From NCBI RefSeq assembly GCF_006345805.1, contig NC_043006.1, positions 38,068,001 to 38,132,000 of the forward strand: a DNA stretch of 64,000 nt, given 5' to 3'. Source of the DNA: Octopus sinensis. Lineage: Eukaryota. Made by a program: the position numbers and the translations under genes. Shown here piece by piece: positions 51,876-64,000 of this stretch. The notes under the pieces are model-generated. The model searched no databases. It saw only the letters and a list, made by a program, of their open reading frames with translations, and was not told the DNA's origin. The number at the start of each line of letters is the position of its first letter. Position 1 is the stretch's first letter.

Positions 51876-53284
51876 ATTAAAAAAATACATCTTAGATGGA
51901 AAAAAGAAAATCCAAGTAGCAATTATTTGTGAGAATGCTTTTCAACTTTTTTAGGAATTCTGTAAAAACAATATATATCTCCTGGGCTGTCTGATCAAAA
52001 AGTTTGTTCTGCAAATCAGAAGACTTCTGTTTTGATTTCCACTGCATGATGCCTTTGGCAAAAGGTCTTCAGCTGGGCACTAGGCAATCTGGACCCAATA
52101 ACTAACCTCTTCCACAAAGAAGCCATGACATTTCCACACAACTCATTATCTCATTGCCCATCATAGTCCAGACTCCAAATTATGTTATGACTGTCTTTTA
52201 TGTTAAAAAAAAAATGGAAAATGAGAATTGCTTGACTTGTCGAAAGGTTCACAGCTTTCAGACTGCTAATGTAGATGTCTCAGCCAAGATCTTGCATCTG
52301 TGTTTCCATGATCTGACTGAAGAAACAAAATGGTTGAGGTTGAGTGAAAACAACAGTTGAACTTGCAGCTCAAAGGTCGCGTGTTCAAACTTACAACAAA
52401 CCACTTCACTTGGGATTTAGATAGAATGTTTTAAGTGCACATGACTTTATTCAGCTGGTTGTCAGTTAGAGTAAAGGAGCATGGCTTAGTGGTCAAGGTG
52501 TTGCACTCATGATCACAAGATCAGGATTTCAATTCCTGGACTGGGCAGTGCATTGCATTCTTGAGAAACTTTATTTCACATTACTCTATTCTTTTCAGCT
52601 GTAAATGTAAATGGGTATCCTGCAATGGACTGGCATCCTGTTCAGGAGAGATGCTGTGATCTGCATGTCTTGGAAGACTAAGATCACATGGAAACTGGGT
52701 AATGAGCTCTATGAATCCCAGAACTCTAGACGATAATTGCTCAGGGGCTGATGATGATGATGACGACTGAGGGTGATGTCAGTAAGAACAGTTAAGGGGC
52801 CAAATTATCTGTGAATATTACCAGAGAAAAATCTAGTATCTTAATCCATTAGAGGAAAATTACTTTCATTCACTAACTGGCATAAAATAGGCGACATGTA
52901 TTAGCTGTTTAAAAGATCCCCCACACATGCCACTGTGCACAGCCTCAAAGTTAATTCCATCATGTATTCTCTCAGCATGGTCTCTTCCTGTAACCACTTT
53001 CATTATTTGGTGCCTTTTACTGCAGCTGTAATATTATATTTCCCCTCTTTATTTCTCTCTCTCTCTCTCTCCATTACCTATCTTTTATTTGCTGTGGTTT
53101 AGTCCAGGTCAGTATGGATCAGGAAAACCTATGAGATCAATATTCGTTTTACCTAGTTCAACTTGCACAGTGACATTTATTTTTCAGTATTTATTGATTG
53201 TGTGGGTGTAAAAGTGTACATGCATACACACACATATATATATACATATATATATATATACATACACATATATACACACACACA

Positions 53285-53323
<39 letters not shown>

Positions 53324-53358
53324 TGCCTATATATACTTATGTATGTGCGTGTGCATAT

Positions 53359-53407
<49 letters not shown>

Positions 53408-54535
53408 GTATCTATATATATATAATATATATAAACACACACAGACCTATATATATATATATAAACACACACAGACCTATATATATATATATATAAACAC
53501 ACACCTATATATATATATATATATTATATATATATATATATAACATGTACATTTAAATATATACATATGCACACATACACACACTGATTACATATAAAGT
53601 CACTTTCATAGTACATGCTCTAATATTGAATCAATTATCTTCTTCAAGTCTGGCCTATGCACATATAAACATCCACAGAACATAATGTATTAATGTATCG
53701 AAGTACACAAATTAAGTGTAGCAATTACAGATGCAGTGATTTATACTTAAAAAGCTGCTGCAAACACTAATGGACCTGTTATAAAATATTGCTTTACTAA
53801 TTGCCATTTAAATAATAATGGTAAACACTTATGTAAGTTTTGCACTGTTTTTGGATATGAAATGCATAACAAACTCCTTTGTTCTTCTATGTAATTACTT
53901 TAACAAGAATAGCATTACAAGTCAATAAAGAAGCCAACAACTGTCACTGATCTGCTAGAAATGACAGCCAAATGCCTTGTAAATTACACACACACTACTG
54001 GCTTATACGAGTAAAAATTACAGGAGACAATCAGTATAATTATCATTACCATTTAATGTTTGTTTTCTATGCTGGCATGGTTTAGATGTTTCCACAGGAG
54101 CTCGTTTTGTTCCACTGTGTGGCACACTGGCCAAGTGTTTTCTACTATAGCTTAGAGTCAATCAAATCTTTCAGAGTGGATTTAGTAGATGGAAAATGAA
54201 GGCAGCCAATTGCACATACATACACACACGTGTGTGTGTATGTGTGCACTTGCTTCTGTGTGTGTTTTTTATGGTTTGATGCCCTTCCTAAAACCAACCA
54301 CTTTTGAGAGTGTACTGGGTGATTTTTTTTTAGGTGGCATTGGCACCAGTGAAATTACAAAATAACTCACATGACAAGATGCCTCTCAATTGAGGCACTG
54401 GGAGAGGGGGCTTTATGCCAAGTGATGAAAGATTTAAGTATGCTAGAGGGACAGGAAGAGGTGCCTTGCATAAGGTGGGGAGGTACCTGGCTGTCCCAGT
54501 TGGAAAAAGAGAGAAGACGGTATATAAGAGTATTA

Positions 54536-54768
54536 AGGCGGCGAGCTGGCAGAATCGTTAGCACATTGGGCAAAATGCTTAGCAGTATTTCGGCTACCGT
54601 TACGTAATGAGTTCAAATTCCGTCGAAGTCGACTTTGCTTTTCATCCTTTCGGGGTCGATAAATTAAGTACCAGTTACGCACTGGGGTTAATATAATCGA
54701 CTTAATACCTATGTCTGTCCATGTTTGTCCCCTCTATGTTTAGCCCCTTGTGGGTAATAAAGAAATAG
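54536..54768 (+). mobile_element. SINE family B, young copy
   Basis: GGCGGCGAGCTGGCAGAATCGTTAGC head, CpG-rich. Confidence 0.85.
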
Positions 54769-54781
54769 GTACATAAGAGTG

Positions 54782-54819
<38 letters not shown>

Positions 54820-54827
<8 letters not shown>

Positions 54828-55548
54828 CTCTTTTACTCTTCAACTTGTTTCAGTCATTTGACTGTGGTAATGCTGGAGCACCACCTTTAGTTGAACAAAT
54901 CAACCCCAGGACTTATTCCTTGTAAGCCTAGTACTTATTCTATCACTCTCTTCTACCAAACTGCTAAGTTAAGGGGACATAAACACACCAGCATCATACA
55001 GTTCTATATTTAAGAGATGAGGAATTATGTACATTATTTACATTTGATGGATATTTGTCCTCATCTTGTTTGTTGTTAACACAATGTTTCAGCTGATATA
55101 CCCTCCAGCTTTCATCAGGTGTCTTGGGGAAATTTTGAACCTAGGTTCTCATTCCTAAGGTATTTTTTTATGTTATTATTATTATTATTTTATTATTATT
55201 ATTATTATTATTCAGGTATTTGCTTGGAATCGAACTTGGAATCTTGGGATTAGTAGCTCACGATCTTAACCACTACACCATATATACATCAAATGTAAAT
55301 AATGTAAATACACCAGCATCAGTTGTCAAGTGATGTTGGGTGGACAACACAGATACAAAAACATACACACTCCCACACACACACATATATGACAGGCTTC
55401 TTTCAGTTTCCATCTACCAAATCCACTCACAAGGCTTTGGTCAGCCCAAGGCCATAGTAGAAAACCCTTGCCCAAGGTGCCATGCAGTGGGACTGAACCC
55501 AGAACCATGTGGTTGGTAAGTAAGCTACTTACCACACAGCCACTCCTA
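54820..55548 (-). mobile_element. SINE family A interrupted by the insertion at 54996-55305
   Basis: Host sequence resumes after a duplicated ACACCAGCATC. Confidence 0.8.
54996..55305 (-). mobile_element. tRNA-headed, hammerhead-tailed element, copy 2
   Basis: Minus: tRNA head (GGTGTAGTGGTTAAGATC...AGTTCGATTCC), (AAT)n, then tail with GACAC-CUGAUGA-A-AGCUG..CAGCU-GAA-ACAU-U-GUGUU (55123-55078). 11-bp flanking duplication. Confidence 0.8.
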
Positions 55549-57677
55549 TTTGTGTATGGGTCTGTGTGTCTGTAGCACTTTGAGTGTCTTGTACTAGAAC
55601 TCCTGTGCCAACTAATGCCTTGTGAGAGAATTTGGTAGATGGAAACTATACAGAAACCTGTTAAATTTATCATTGTGTGTGTCAGCAGTTTGATGACTGA
55701 AGTAAGTAAAAGAATGGAAAAAGTATATTTATATTCCAGAGTCTCTTAAAGAACCATGAAGACTACATCCAGTAAAGTACATCATGAATGCTACAATACA
55801 GAGGTTGTGAATATTATTGTGAGTGCATGCATGTTTATAAATGTGTGTGTGTGTGTGGTAACTCAACCTGCTAGAAATAGCAACCACATCTTCTTCAAAT
55901 CACTCACCATCTTAAACAAGAAAGAACACATTGGATAATCTAATTCTCAATAGCTCTACAAAATGTTGGGATGGTCATAGCTGGAATGGCTTTGATGTTC
56001 AGTTTGTTCAATCAATGTTTGACTAAGAGGGATATGCAACAGTGACAACAACAACAGGGTAATCCAGTCCAAGTATGGTTAAATACAGCAGGTGCTTGTA
56101 GCTATTAATTGCTGAAGTGTGATTTCCAGCTCTTTACACTCTGAGATCAAATTCTGCCTAAGTCAACTTTAGCTTTCATTTTTTCAGGGTTGATAAAATA
56201 AGTACCAGTTGAACACTGGGAGAAGAGGGGCCCTCAATGTAATCAACCTGCCCCTTTTCCAAAAACGACTGGACTTGTGCTAAAGTTTGAAAGAAAATTT
56301 CTGAAGGTGGTGGAGGGGAAAACTTCCTTGTCATTTCTTGGTTCTTGACATTCTGAGTTCAAATTTTGTTGTAGTCAAATCTGCCCTTTCAACTAAAATA
56401 AGCACCAGTCAAATACTGGGGTCAATGATATCAAATAAATCTTTTCCCAAATTTCAGGCCATGAGCCTAAATCAGAAATACAATAATCCTAGTCAATGCA
56501 GTGTTGTCTCTCTTATTATTTGGTACCAGTAAGAAGTAACGGGTCCAAATTGCATCCCTCAGTTCCAGACAGAATACTCTGGGCTAAATGTAAAAGTGAA
56601 AATATTTTCCTTCATGACAAACTGCAGTGAAAAGCCTTTACAGGTTCAAATACCTCTCAAGCATATTTAAATTGGTCTTGTATGTTATGTCTTTGTTTTC
56701 TTCATCTACTCATGTATTCTAGCCAGTTCAAAGTTGTCTCTCTTGGTATCTGGTTCTGAAGAGAACTAACAAGTTCAAAATACAGCCATCAGTCCAACAG
56801 CAGGTGCTCTGATCTGACTACGGTGTTCTAACACCTTTTCATCTTAAGCAAGAATTTTTTCTCCACCACAAACTGCAGTGAAAAGCCTTTACAAGTTCAA
56901 ATATTCAAACTGATCTTAAGTTTATAATTGTTATTGTTTAACCCTAAATCTGGTGTTTGATTAAATAGGCCTATGATCAACAGTGTTCCAACCTTAACCA
57001 ATGTTTCTTTCTTTTTTCTTTTTAGTATTATAACAACACACGCTTTATATAATATGACAGCCATATTTGGCTAGTTTTATAATGCTACAAGGTTATGTAA
57101 GCAGTTTTGTAAACTGTTTGCCTTCCATCATATATTTTTGACTATTATTAAAAAATTTTTTTTAAAAAACAAAAGATTATGTAAAAAAAACTTTGAAAAA
57201 ACCAAAGGAAATTTTTTTTATATATTTGAAAAACTGAAAACCCAACAGTCACTTCACCCCCTCCATTTCACTGAAATCACTTTTAATAATGTTTGTATGT
57301 ATACTGTATACAAAAATATATTACTCTTTTCATCATAACAAAAACAAAAAAATTTGAAAGCAAGATGAGAGAAAAGTTTATTTTATGAAATGACATTGAG
57401 ATCAGGGTGAGGCAACTCAGAATAATAAGATTAAAAAATATTAATACAAAAATGATTTCAAAACTGATGGGGGGTGGTTATATATTCTTGTAAATAAAAT
57501 AATAAAAGTGAAAAAATTTTTAAATACTATAAGCTTCTGATATATATGTGCGTGTGTGTACATATGTATGTGTGAGTGTGGGACACATACACACACACAT
57601 ATACATGTACTAAAATTGATATGAAATAAAACATAACATTCACATACACAAAGAATTGGAAATATTTGAAACAACTG

Positions 57678-57709
<32 letters not shown>

Positions 57710-57767
57710 AATAAATATATGTTCTTGTGCATATATGTTATGAGTATGAGCATGGAAGTTATAACTA

Positions 57768-57804
<37 letters not shown>

Positions 57805-58804
57805 ATTATGTATATATGTATATATATGTGTACATAAAATATTAAAAAAAGTATATGTAAATAAACACGCACACATACACACACAGAAATCAGTAGAAAC
57901 CATGCGTATGCAGAGAAAAGAAAATGTGTATATATGATTGCATGTTTGTGTATGTCTATGTGTACACATACACACACAAACACACATGTGCTGCATACAT
58001 TTTTATACAACGTTCGAAGATATTGGAGATGCTGAGAAAAAATAAAACATGACACATTTGTTTATTTGATGCTCTTCTTTCAAGTAAGATTAACTAAAAG
58101 AAAAAATTGTAAAAATAAAAACAACTGAAAAACTAAACACACACACACACACATGCAGATTGATGTAAACATGTATATGAATACATATGTGTGAGAGTAT
58201 ATTTAAACAATGTATACAATTATATATATGTGCGTGTTACAATGATAATTACATTTTGTTTAACTTTGGAAATGGATTCGTTGGTCAAATGGCCTTATTA
58301 ATAGGGAAATTGAAAAACAAATATAAATTTGTTCAAATAAAAGATATAATCCAAATTTTACCACTTTGTTTCCCAGAGTTTTTCCTTCTTTACATCACAA
58401 TAAATCATGTTTATTCTTCTTCTTCTTCTTCTTCTTATTATTATTATTATTATTAAAGAGTAGGAAAAGCATGATGTGATTTGTAATAAATAGAGATTGA
58501 CTCTGTTTACCGAACTGAATGAACTAAACAATATTTCGACGGATTGTCCGTCTTACATGGATTCAAAATATAAAATGAAAAGAATGCAGGAATACGGAAA
58601 TTCAAAATATGAACAGGAATGTCCTGCATTCTGTTTTAGACAAATTGATGTCATTGGTTTTAGCTTTTTCATACAGCCACATGTTTTATCGAATATATTA
58701 AATAAATCAACAGCCACCAAAGATGAATCAAAAGTGATTATTTGCCAGAGATGTACCTGACAAGATCAGAGCTGGGGTTAAACATTGCCAAAACCTGTAA
58801 TAAC

Positions 58805-59113
58805 CAGGGCAGTGGAGTTCAGGTCGTGGAATCGGAGTCAGAAACATTTAAGGAGTAGCTGGAGTCAGAGTCGGTAAAATAGACCACAATCACTTAATTA
58901 TATGTCAGAGTTGGAGGTGCCAATAGTAGAGTTGGAGGTATCAATAGTAGAGGAGTCAAAGTTGGAGATGCCAATAGTAGAGGAGTCGGAGGTGCCAGTA
59001 GTAGAGGAGTCGAAGGTGTCAATAATAGAAGAGTCTGAGTTATCAATAGTAAAGGAGTCAGAAGTGCCAATAGTAGAGGAGTCAGAGTTTTTTGTTTTGA
59101 CTCCACATCTCTG
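58805..59113. mobile_element. hAT-type MITE with internal minisatellite
   Basis: TIR CAGGGCAGTGGAGT / GACTCCACATCTCTG. 8-bp TSD GTAATAAC / GTATTAAC. Internal CCAATAGTAGAGGAGTC repeats. Confidence 0.75.
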
Positions 59114-59415
59114 GTATTAACATCACATCTAACCTCATTTATTACAGGTGTTTGGTTCGAAAAAAAGACCCTGTTAAATGAATCAGTGCTAAATGAATAT
59201 TAGAACTTAAGGGGAAAATAGGTTTCATTTTGAGATCCAAGGTTGCCCTGAGCATTATGGCTGGTCAATGGAGTGTGCTTCTGCAGAACTGCTGACTGGC
59301 CACCAACCCATGTCATCATAGATCAATTTGTGATAAGAGTAACATAGCTCACAGTAATACATGAACAATATTATCCTTGGGTCAGTGATAATTGAATCAG
59401 TGATAAACAAGGATA

Positions 59416-59940
59416 CAAAATCTGATCAAAAAGTATTGGAACTGCTGCTATGGTATGCAGAGTGAAGCTACTTGGTACAGATTGACCCTCAACTCTGTTG
59501 CACATCAAGTTATAACATTCTCGTTCACTTCCGTTGTTTATTAACAGTGCTTGGAAGTAAAGTGTGTAGAGTGTGGTCGTTTTACCACACCACAGAGGTT
59601 CCATCATTGACCATAGCAGAGAAAATGTATGTGTGTGTGTGTGTGTAAAGAGACATGACTTGAAGGTAATTATGGCAAAAAATATTTCCAAAAATCAAAG
59701 CCTACTTGAAAGGGACAAGATTTCTAAGATGTTGAGGAAATCCAAGGGAGTGTGATGAGGCAGTAGCTTGCTATCCCAAAAAAGGAGTTCCAGGAATGCT
59801 CCCATCATCGGAAACAATGTTGAATAAAGTGTGTGGCGTCAGAAGGAAACTCCTTCGAAGGAGATTAAATGTCAAATTGATGTGTGTTGTAGTTTTCTTT
59901 TTATATAGCGCCAGTCCTGATATTCTTGATCAAACCTCAC
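59416..59940 (+). mobile_element. Internally deleted mariner element
   Basis: TIR-like CAAAATCTGATCAAAAAGTAT / ATATTCTTGATCAAACCTC. 59682-59868 reads IFPKIKAYLKGTRF..DVEEIQ...FQEC...KCVASEGNSFEGD*, a mariner C-terminus. Confidence 0.75.
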
Positions 59941-59982
59941 AGATGTACCAACAACAACAAGACTTACCACCAAAAAAAAAAA

Positions 59983-60326
59983 ATGGATGCTAAAAGGGGA
60001 AAGAAATGATGCTAAAAAGGAAAAGAAATGGATGCTAAAAGGGGAAAGAAATTCATGCTAAAAAGGGGAAAAGAAATGGATGCTAAAAGGGGAAAGAAAT
60101 TCATGCTAAAAAGGGGAAAAGAAATTGATGCTAAAAAGGAAAAGAATTGGATGTTAAAAGGGAAAAGAAATTGATGCTAAAAAGGGGAAAAGAAATGGAT
60201 GCTAAAAAGGGGAAAGAAATGGATGCTAAAAAGGGGAAAGAAATGGATGCTAAAATGGGAGAGAAATGATGCTAAAAAGGAAAAGAATGGATGCTAAAAG
60301 GGGGAAATAAATGGATGCTAAAAAGA
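59983..60326. repeat. Minisatellite, about 15 units of 22-25 bp (ATGGATGCTAAAAGGGGAAAGAA)
   Basis: Units counted directly. Confidence 0.95.
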
Positions 60327-60870
60327 GAGACAGGTCAAGATGAAGGAAGAACAGAAGATGAAAAACAAAGAGGAGGAGCCACTGCCACTAGCACCACCAT
60401 CGTCAGCATCACTCTAGCATGTTAACCTCCACAGCCTGGAACTGGAACTTATTGGTGACATCACATATTCCATGTGCTATTTAGATGCTGTGACAGAAGG
60501 AGGTGAGTGTATTCAACTTCAGAAGCACTATCTAGCAATGTAACAAAAAAACATGTACCACCCATGGCCAAATGATCAACAACAGATATGAAATGATCTT
60601 GGAGCACCACAGGAAACACCAGTGGCTTATGATGCCTTTGTCCATCAGTAGTACATCTGGCACTGGACATATTGCCGTTTGGTGGTAATCATTTGGTTCA
60701 TAAGTTTTACTTTCTATCTTTTATTTTTCGTATAATACCTGGTCAATTCCACATGTACCGTTTTATTTGAATTTATCAAAATAAACTATATATTTTCAGG
60801 CACAACGAAAGCATCAATGTTCAACTGGAATCAGGCAGCATCATCATCTGAAGATTTAGCAGACGACAAA

Positions 60871-61211
60871 ATTATTTACAATTGATGGATATTTGTCCTC
60901 ATCTTGTTTGTTGTTAAACACGTTTCGGCTGATATAACCTCCAGCCTTCATCAGGTGTCTTGGGGAAATTTCGAACCTGGTTTCTCATTCCTAAGGTATT
61001 TTTCGATGTTATTATTATTATTGTTCAGGTCATATGGCGTAGGGGCTACTAACCTCAAGATTCCGAGTTCAATTCCAGGCAGCGACCTGAATAATAATAT
61101 TAATAATAATAATAATAATAATAACAACAACATCGAAAAATACCTTAAGAATGAGAACCCAGGTTCGAAATTTACCCAAGACATCTGATGAAGGCTGGAG
61201 GGTATATCAGC
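60871..61211 (+). mobile_element. tRNA-headed, hammerhead-tailed fold-back element, copy 3
   Basis: Inverted arms (ORFs 60904+ and 60951- both read NFEPGFSFLRYFSMLLLL). Central partial tRNA head 61033-61090. CTGATGAAGGCTG..CAGCCGAAAC in the left arm (minus strand). Confidence 0.8.
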
Positions 61212-61212
61212 A

Positions 61213-61625
61213 GATCTTTTATCTTTTATTTTTTACTCGTTTCAGTCATTTGACTGTGCCCATGCTGGGGCACAGCCTTGAAAGGCTTTAGTTGAACGAA
61301 TCAACCCCAGGGCTTTTTTGAGCCTAATACTTATTCTATCAGTCTCTTTTGTCAAACTGCTAAGTTGCAGGGATGTAAACACACCAACATCAGCTATCAA
61401 GTGGTGGTGGTGGGAAAAAAACATGGACACAAAGACACACACAAATAAATATATACCTATATATATATATATGATGGGCTTCTTTCAGTTTCCATCTACC
61501 GAATCCACTCACAAGGCTTTAGTCAGCCCAAGGCTATAGCAAAAGACATTGATCCAAAGTGCTATACAGTGAGACTGAACATGGAACCATGTGGTTGGGA
61601 AGCAATTTTCTTACCACACACCCAC
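61213..61625 (-). mobile_element. SINE family A
   Basis: Reverse-complement homology. Truncates the right arm of copy 3. Confidence 0.8.
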
Positions 61626-61642
61626 GCTTAAAAATTATAACT

Positions 61643-62470
61643 TTGATGGATTTGAACAAATAACCTGCATTTGAAGGGTATTGGTCTAAAAGCAAAATGT
61701 ATGGAGTTGAACTGATACAGCATACTATGTCTAGACATAAATTTGAATTAATTCTATGGTTCCTGCATTATGTTTGCAAACAGTCAATCAGATGTTACTG
61801 ATTGCTTGTGCAAATTATGGCTACTTATCAAATTGATGTCTGAAAATTCTGAGAAGTTCACTCCGGGTGAAAAAGTTGTAATTGATGTAAGTCTAGTGCT
61901 GTTTCGTGGTGGAACAATTTTGTGGCAATACATACCTAAAATTATATAACCTGAAATTTTATAAGCTGTGTTCAATTGATGGCTATATCTGGAAGTTTAT
62001 ATTGTACAAAGGCAAAGAAGATACAGGTCCTGGTTTAACACATTTTGAATTCATCACTGTTTCATTCATGAAAGAATGGTTGAGAGAAGGTCACATGCTG
62101 TTCATAAGTAATCTTTATTCTTGTGTAGCAACAACAAGATTTCTCCTTGGAAAACAAACATATGGCACATATAAAGCACCCACTATACTCTCGGAGTGGT
62201 TGGTGTTAGGAAGGGCATCCAGCTGTAGAAATCTTGCTAGATCATATTGGAACCTGGTGCAGCCTACTGGCTTGCCAGTCCTCAGTCAAACCCATGCCAG
62301 CATGGAAAATAGACTTAAAACAACAACGATGATGATGATGTATGTGGTATATTGAGAAGTAACAGAAATGGAAATCCTAAAAGTATCACTGTCAAGAAAC
62401 TGTAATAAGGTGAGACAGTTGGTAAAGAAGAATCAGATGGTATAAAGATTATGAAACGGAAGGACAAATG
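61643..62470 (+). pseudogene. piggyBac transposase pseudogene fragment (split by an RTE insertion)
   Basis: YWSK...MSRHKFELILWFLHY, FTPGEKVVIDVSLVLFRG..WQYIPK, KFYKLC..DGYIWKF..Y.GK, GHMLFISNLYS, KQTY|CGILRSNRNGNPK...KRKDK. Confidence 0.88.
62165..62341 (+). mobile_element. RTE 3' end inserted in the piggyBac fragment
   Basis: Standard tail and (GAT)n. The piggyBac reading continues across it. Confidence 0.8.
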
Positions 62471-62478
62471 CTATAATA

Positions 62479-62672
62479 CAGTGCTTCATAAATTATGGGT
62501 CACGATACCATTTGGGGTTGCAAAGCAAAATGCTGGGGTTGTGAAAATTAAATTCAAACACTTGAATTTCAGTCTATATGTTATTTCACAAACACATATT
62601 TAAAACCTGGGGTCACGAAAAATCTGTTGATGAAAAATGGGGTCATGAATGAAAAAAGTTTAAGAAGTGTTG
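62479..62672. mobile_element. hAT (Charlie-like) MITE
   Basis: Exact 8-bp TSD CTATAATA (62471-78, 62673-80). Termini CAGTGCTTC..AAA / TTTAAGAAGTGTTG. Confidence 0.8.
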
Positions 62673-63124
62673 CTATAATAGAAGACACTTGCTCAATGTG
62701 ACACATGGTGGGATCGAACCCACTACCATAGGGTTGAGAAGGCAGCTTCATAACCATGCAGCTATAAAAAATATGAATGAAGAGATGAAAAAGAAAGAAA
62801 TAAAAGAGGGAGAAGAAACAAGCAGAAAGTGAAGAAATAGTTCTTTACACTGACATGCCTCTCTGTATAACCTCAACCTATTTTCCCCACACCCCAACCC
62901 AATGTCCCTCAAGGGTCTCTCCTGGCACATCTTTACCACAATCTTTCTCAATATTGCTCTCCTTATCCTACTTTCTGACACACCTGCTCTCTTTCTTACT
63001 CCCTAACTCATCCCCTTTTCTTTTTCATCCAGAGTATCTGCTCCACAGTAAAACACCAACCTCTGTCCCCCTATTATCTCTAATCTCTCATCAACTGGTA
63101 TAAAAGCACCCCACCACCACCACC

Positions 63125-63754
63125 ATCGCCACTACAACTCCCTTGTCCCAGTTGAGAGGGATTTTGTCTCGTAAGTTACTTGTTGATCCTGTCAGTGTTG
63201 GTGCCATGTAAAATGCACTGGTGCTGGTTCCACACAAAAAGCACCCAGAACACTCTGTAATGTGGTTGGCATTAAGAAAGGCATCCTGCCACAGAAACCA
63301 GGCCCAAACACATGACTGGAACCTGAGGCAGCTCTCCAACTTGCCAGCTTTGGTCAAACTGTCCAACCTATGCCAGCATGGAAAGCATATGCTAAATGGT
63401 GATTTGGCCGATGCCAGCCCCGCCCCGACTGGCTTCTGTGCTGGTGGCACATAAAAAGCACCATCCGAACGTTGCCAGCACCGCCTTGGCTGGCTTCCGT
63501 GCCGCTGGCACGTTAAAAGCTCCAACCGATCGTGGCTGATGCCGGACTCCCCCTGGCACCTGTGCAGGCGGCACGTAAAAAGCACCCACTACACTCGCGG
63601 AGTGGTTGGCATTAGGAAGGGCATCCAGCCATAGAAACTCTGCCAGATCAGACTGGAGCCTGGAGCAGCCCCAGGCTTCCCAGACCCCAGTCGAACCATC
63701 CAACCCGTGCTAGCGCGGAAAACGGACGTTAAACGATGATGATGATGATGATGA
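63125..63754 (+). mobile_element. Two tandem RTE 3' ends (old about 63125-63403; young, CpG-rich about 63404-63754)
   Basis: Each has AAAAAGCACC modules and the tail. The second ends in (GAT)n. Confidence 0.8.
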
Positions 63755-64000
63755 TAAGGAAATTATGTAACAAATGGAAAGTACGAGTGCGACATGTCCT
63801 CAGACACATTTAGGCAAGTATTAATTCCAAGTAAGAACTGACTCGGATGGTGACAATTCATCCAACCTGTGACAGAATGGAAGGCAGACAGAAAATGAAG
63901 ACAATGGACCAGAACAAATGAATAGATAAATAAATAAAAAAATTGAAGTGATCCTACAAATGAATAAATAAAAATATATTTAAACAAATTCTATATAAAA

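Noticed and set aside
56617-56903. 36-bp direct repeat 251 bp apart
   Set aside because: Only two copies, so not CRISPR-like or LTR-like. Probably a small local duplication.
58497-58760. 87-aa non-repetitive ORF and an 11-bp-stem hairpin (about 58580-58632)
   Set aside because: TTG start, no domain similarity, and the hairpin is too short and irregular for a miRNA.

Overview
AT-rich, microsatellite-saturated eukaryotic DNA. Repeat style suggests a coleoid cephalopod such as Octopus (inference). I can support one protein-coding gene: 11365-12570 (+), a 401-aa FN3 + single-TM protein with an acidic/His/Gln-rich tail, a PDZ-type C-terminus and no signal peptide after the first Met. The rest is a transposon graveyard: several tRNA-headed SINE families, many RTE-LINE 3' ends with a modular 3'UTR, R4/Dong-like LINE ends, a full-length dead Tc1 (DD34E), mariner, piggyBac and hAT derivatives, and Penelope-like remnants. 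The most striking unexplained signal is a set of minimal type-I hammerhead-ribozyme motifs with palindromic stem III. They include a three-copy element made of a tRNA head + (AAT)n + hammerhead-bearing tail, with an inverted copy of that tail at its 5' side. This looks like a Penelope-mobilised SINE. Almost all other ORF-track entries are microsatellite or SINE artefacts. SINE family labels A-D are my own, and most repeat boundaries are approximate.
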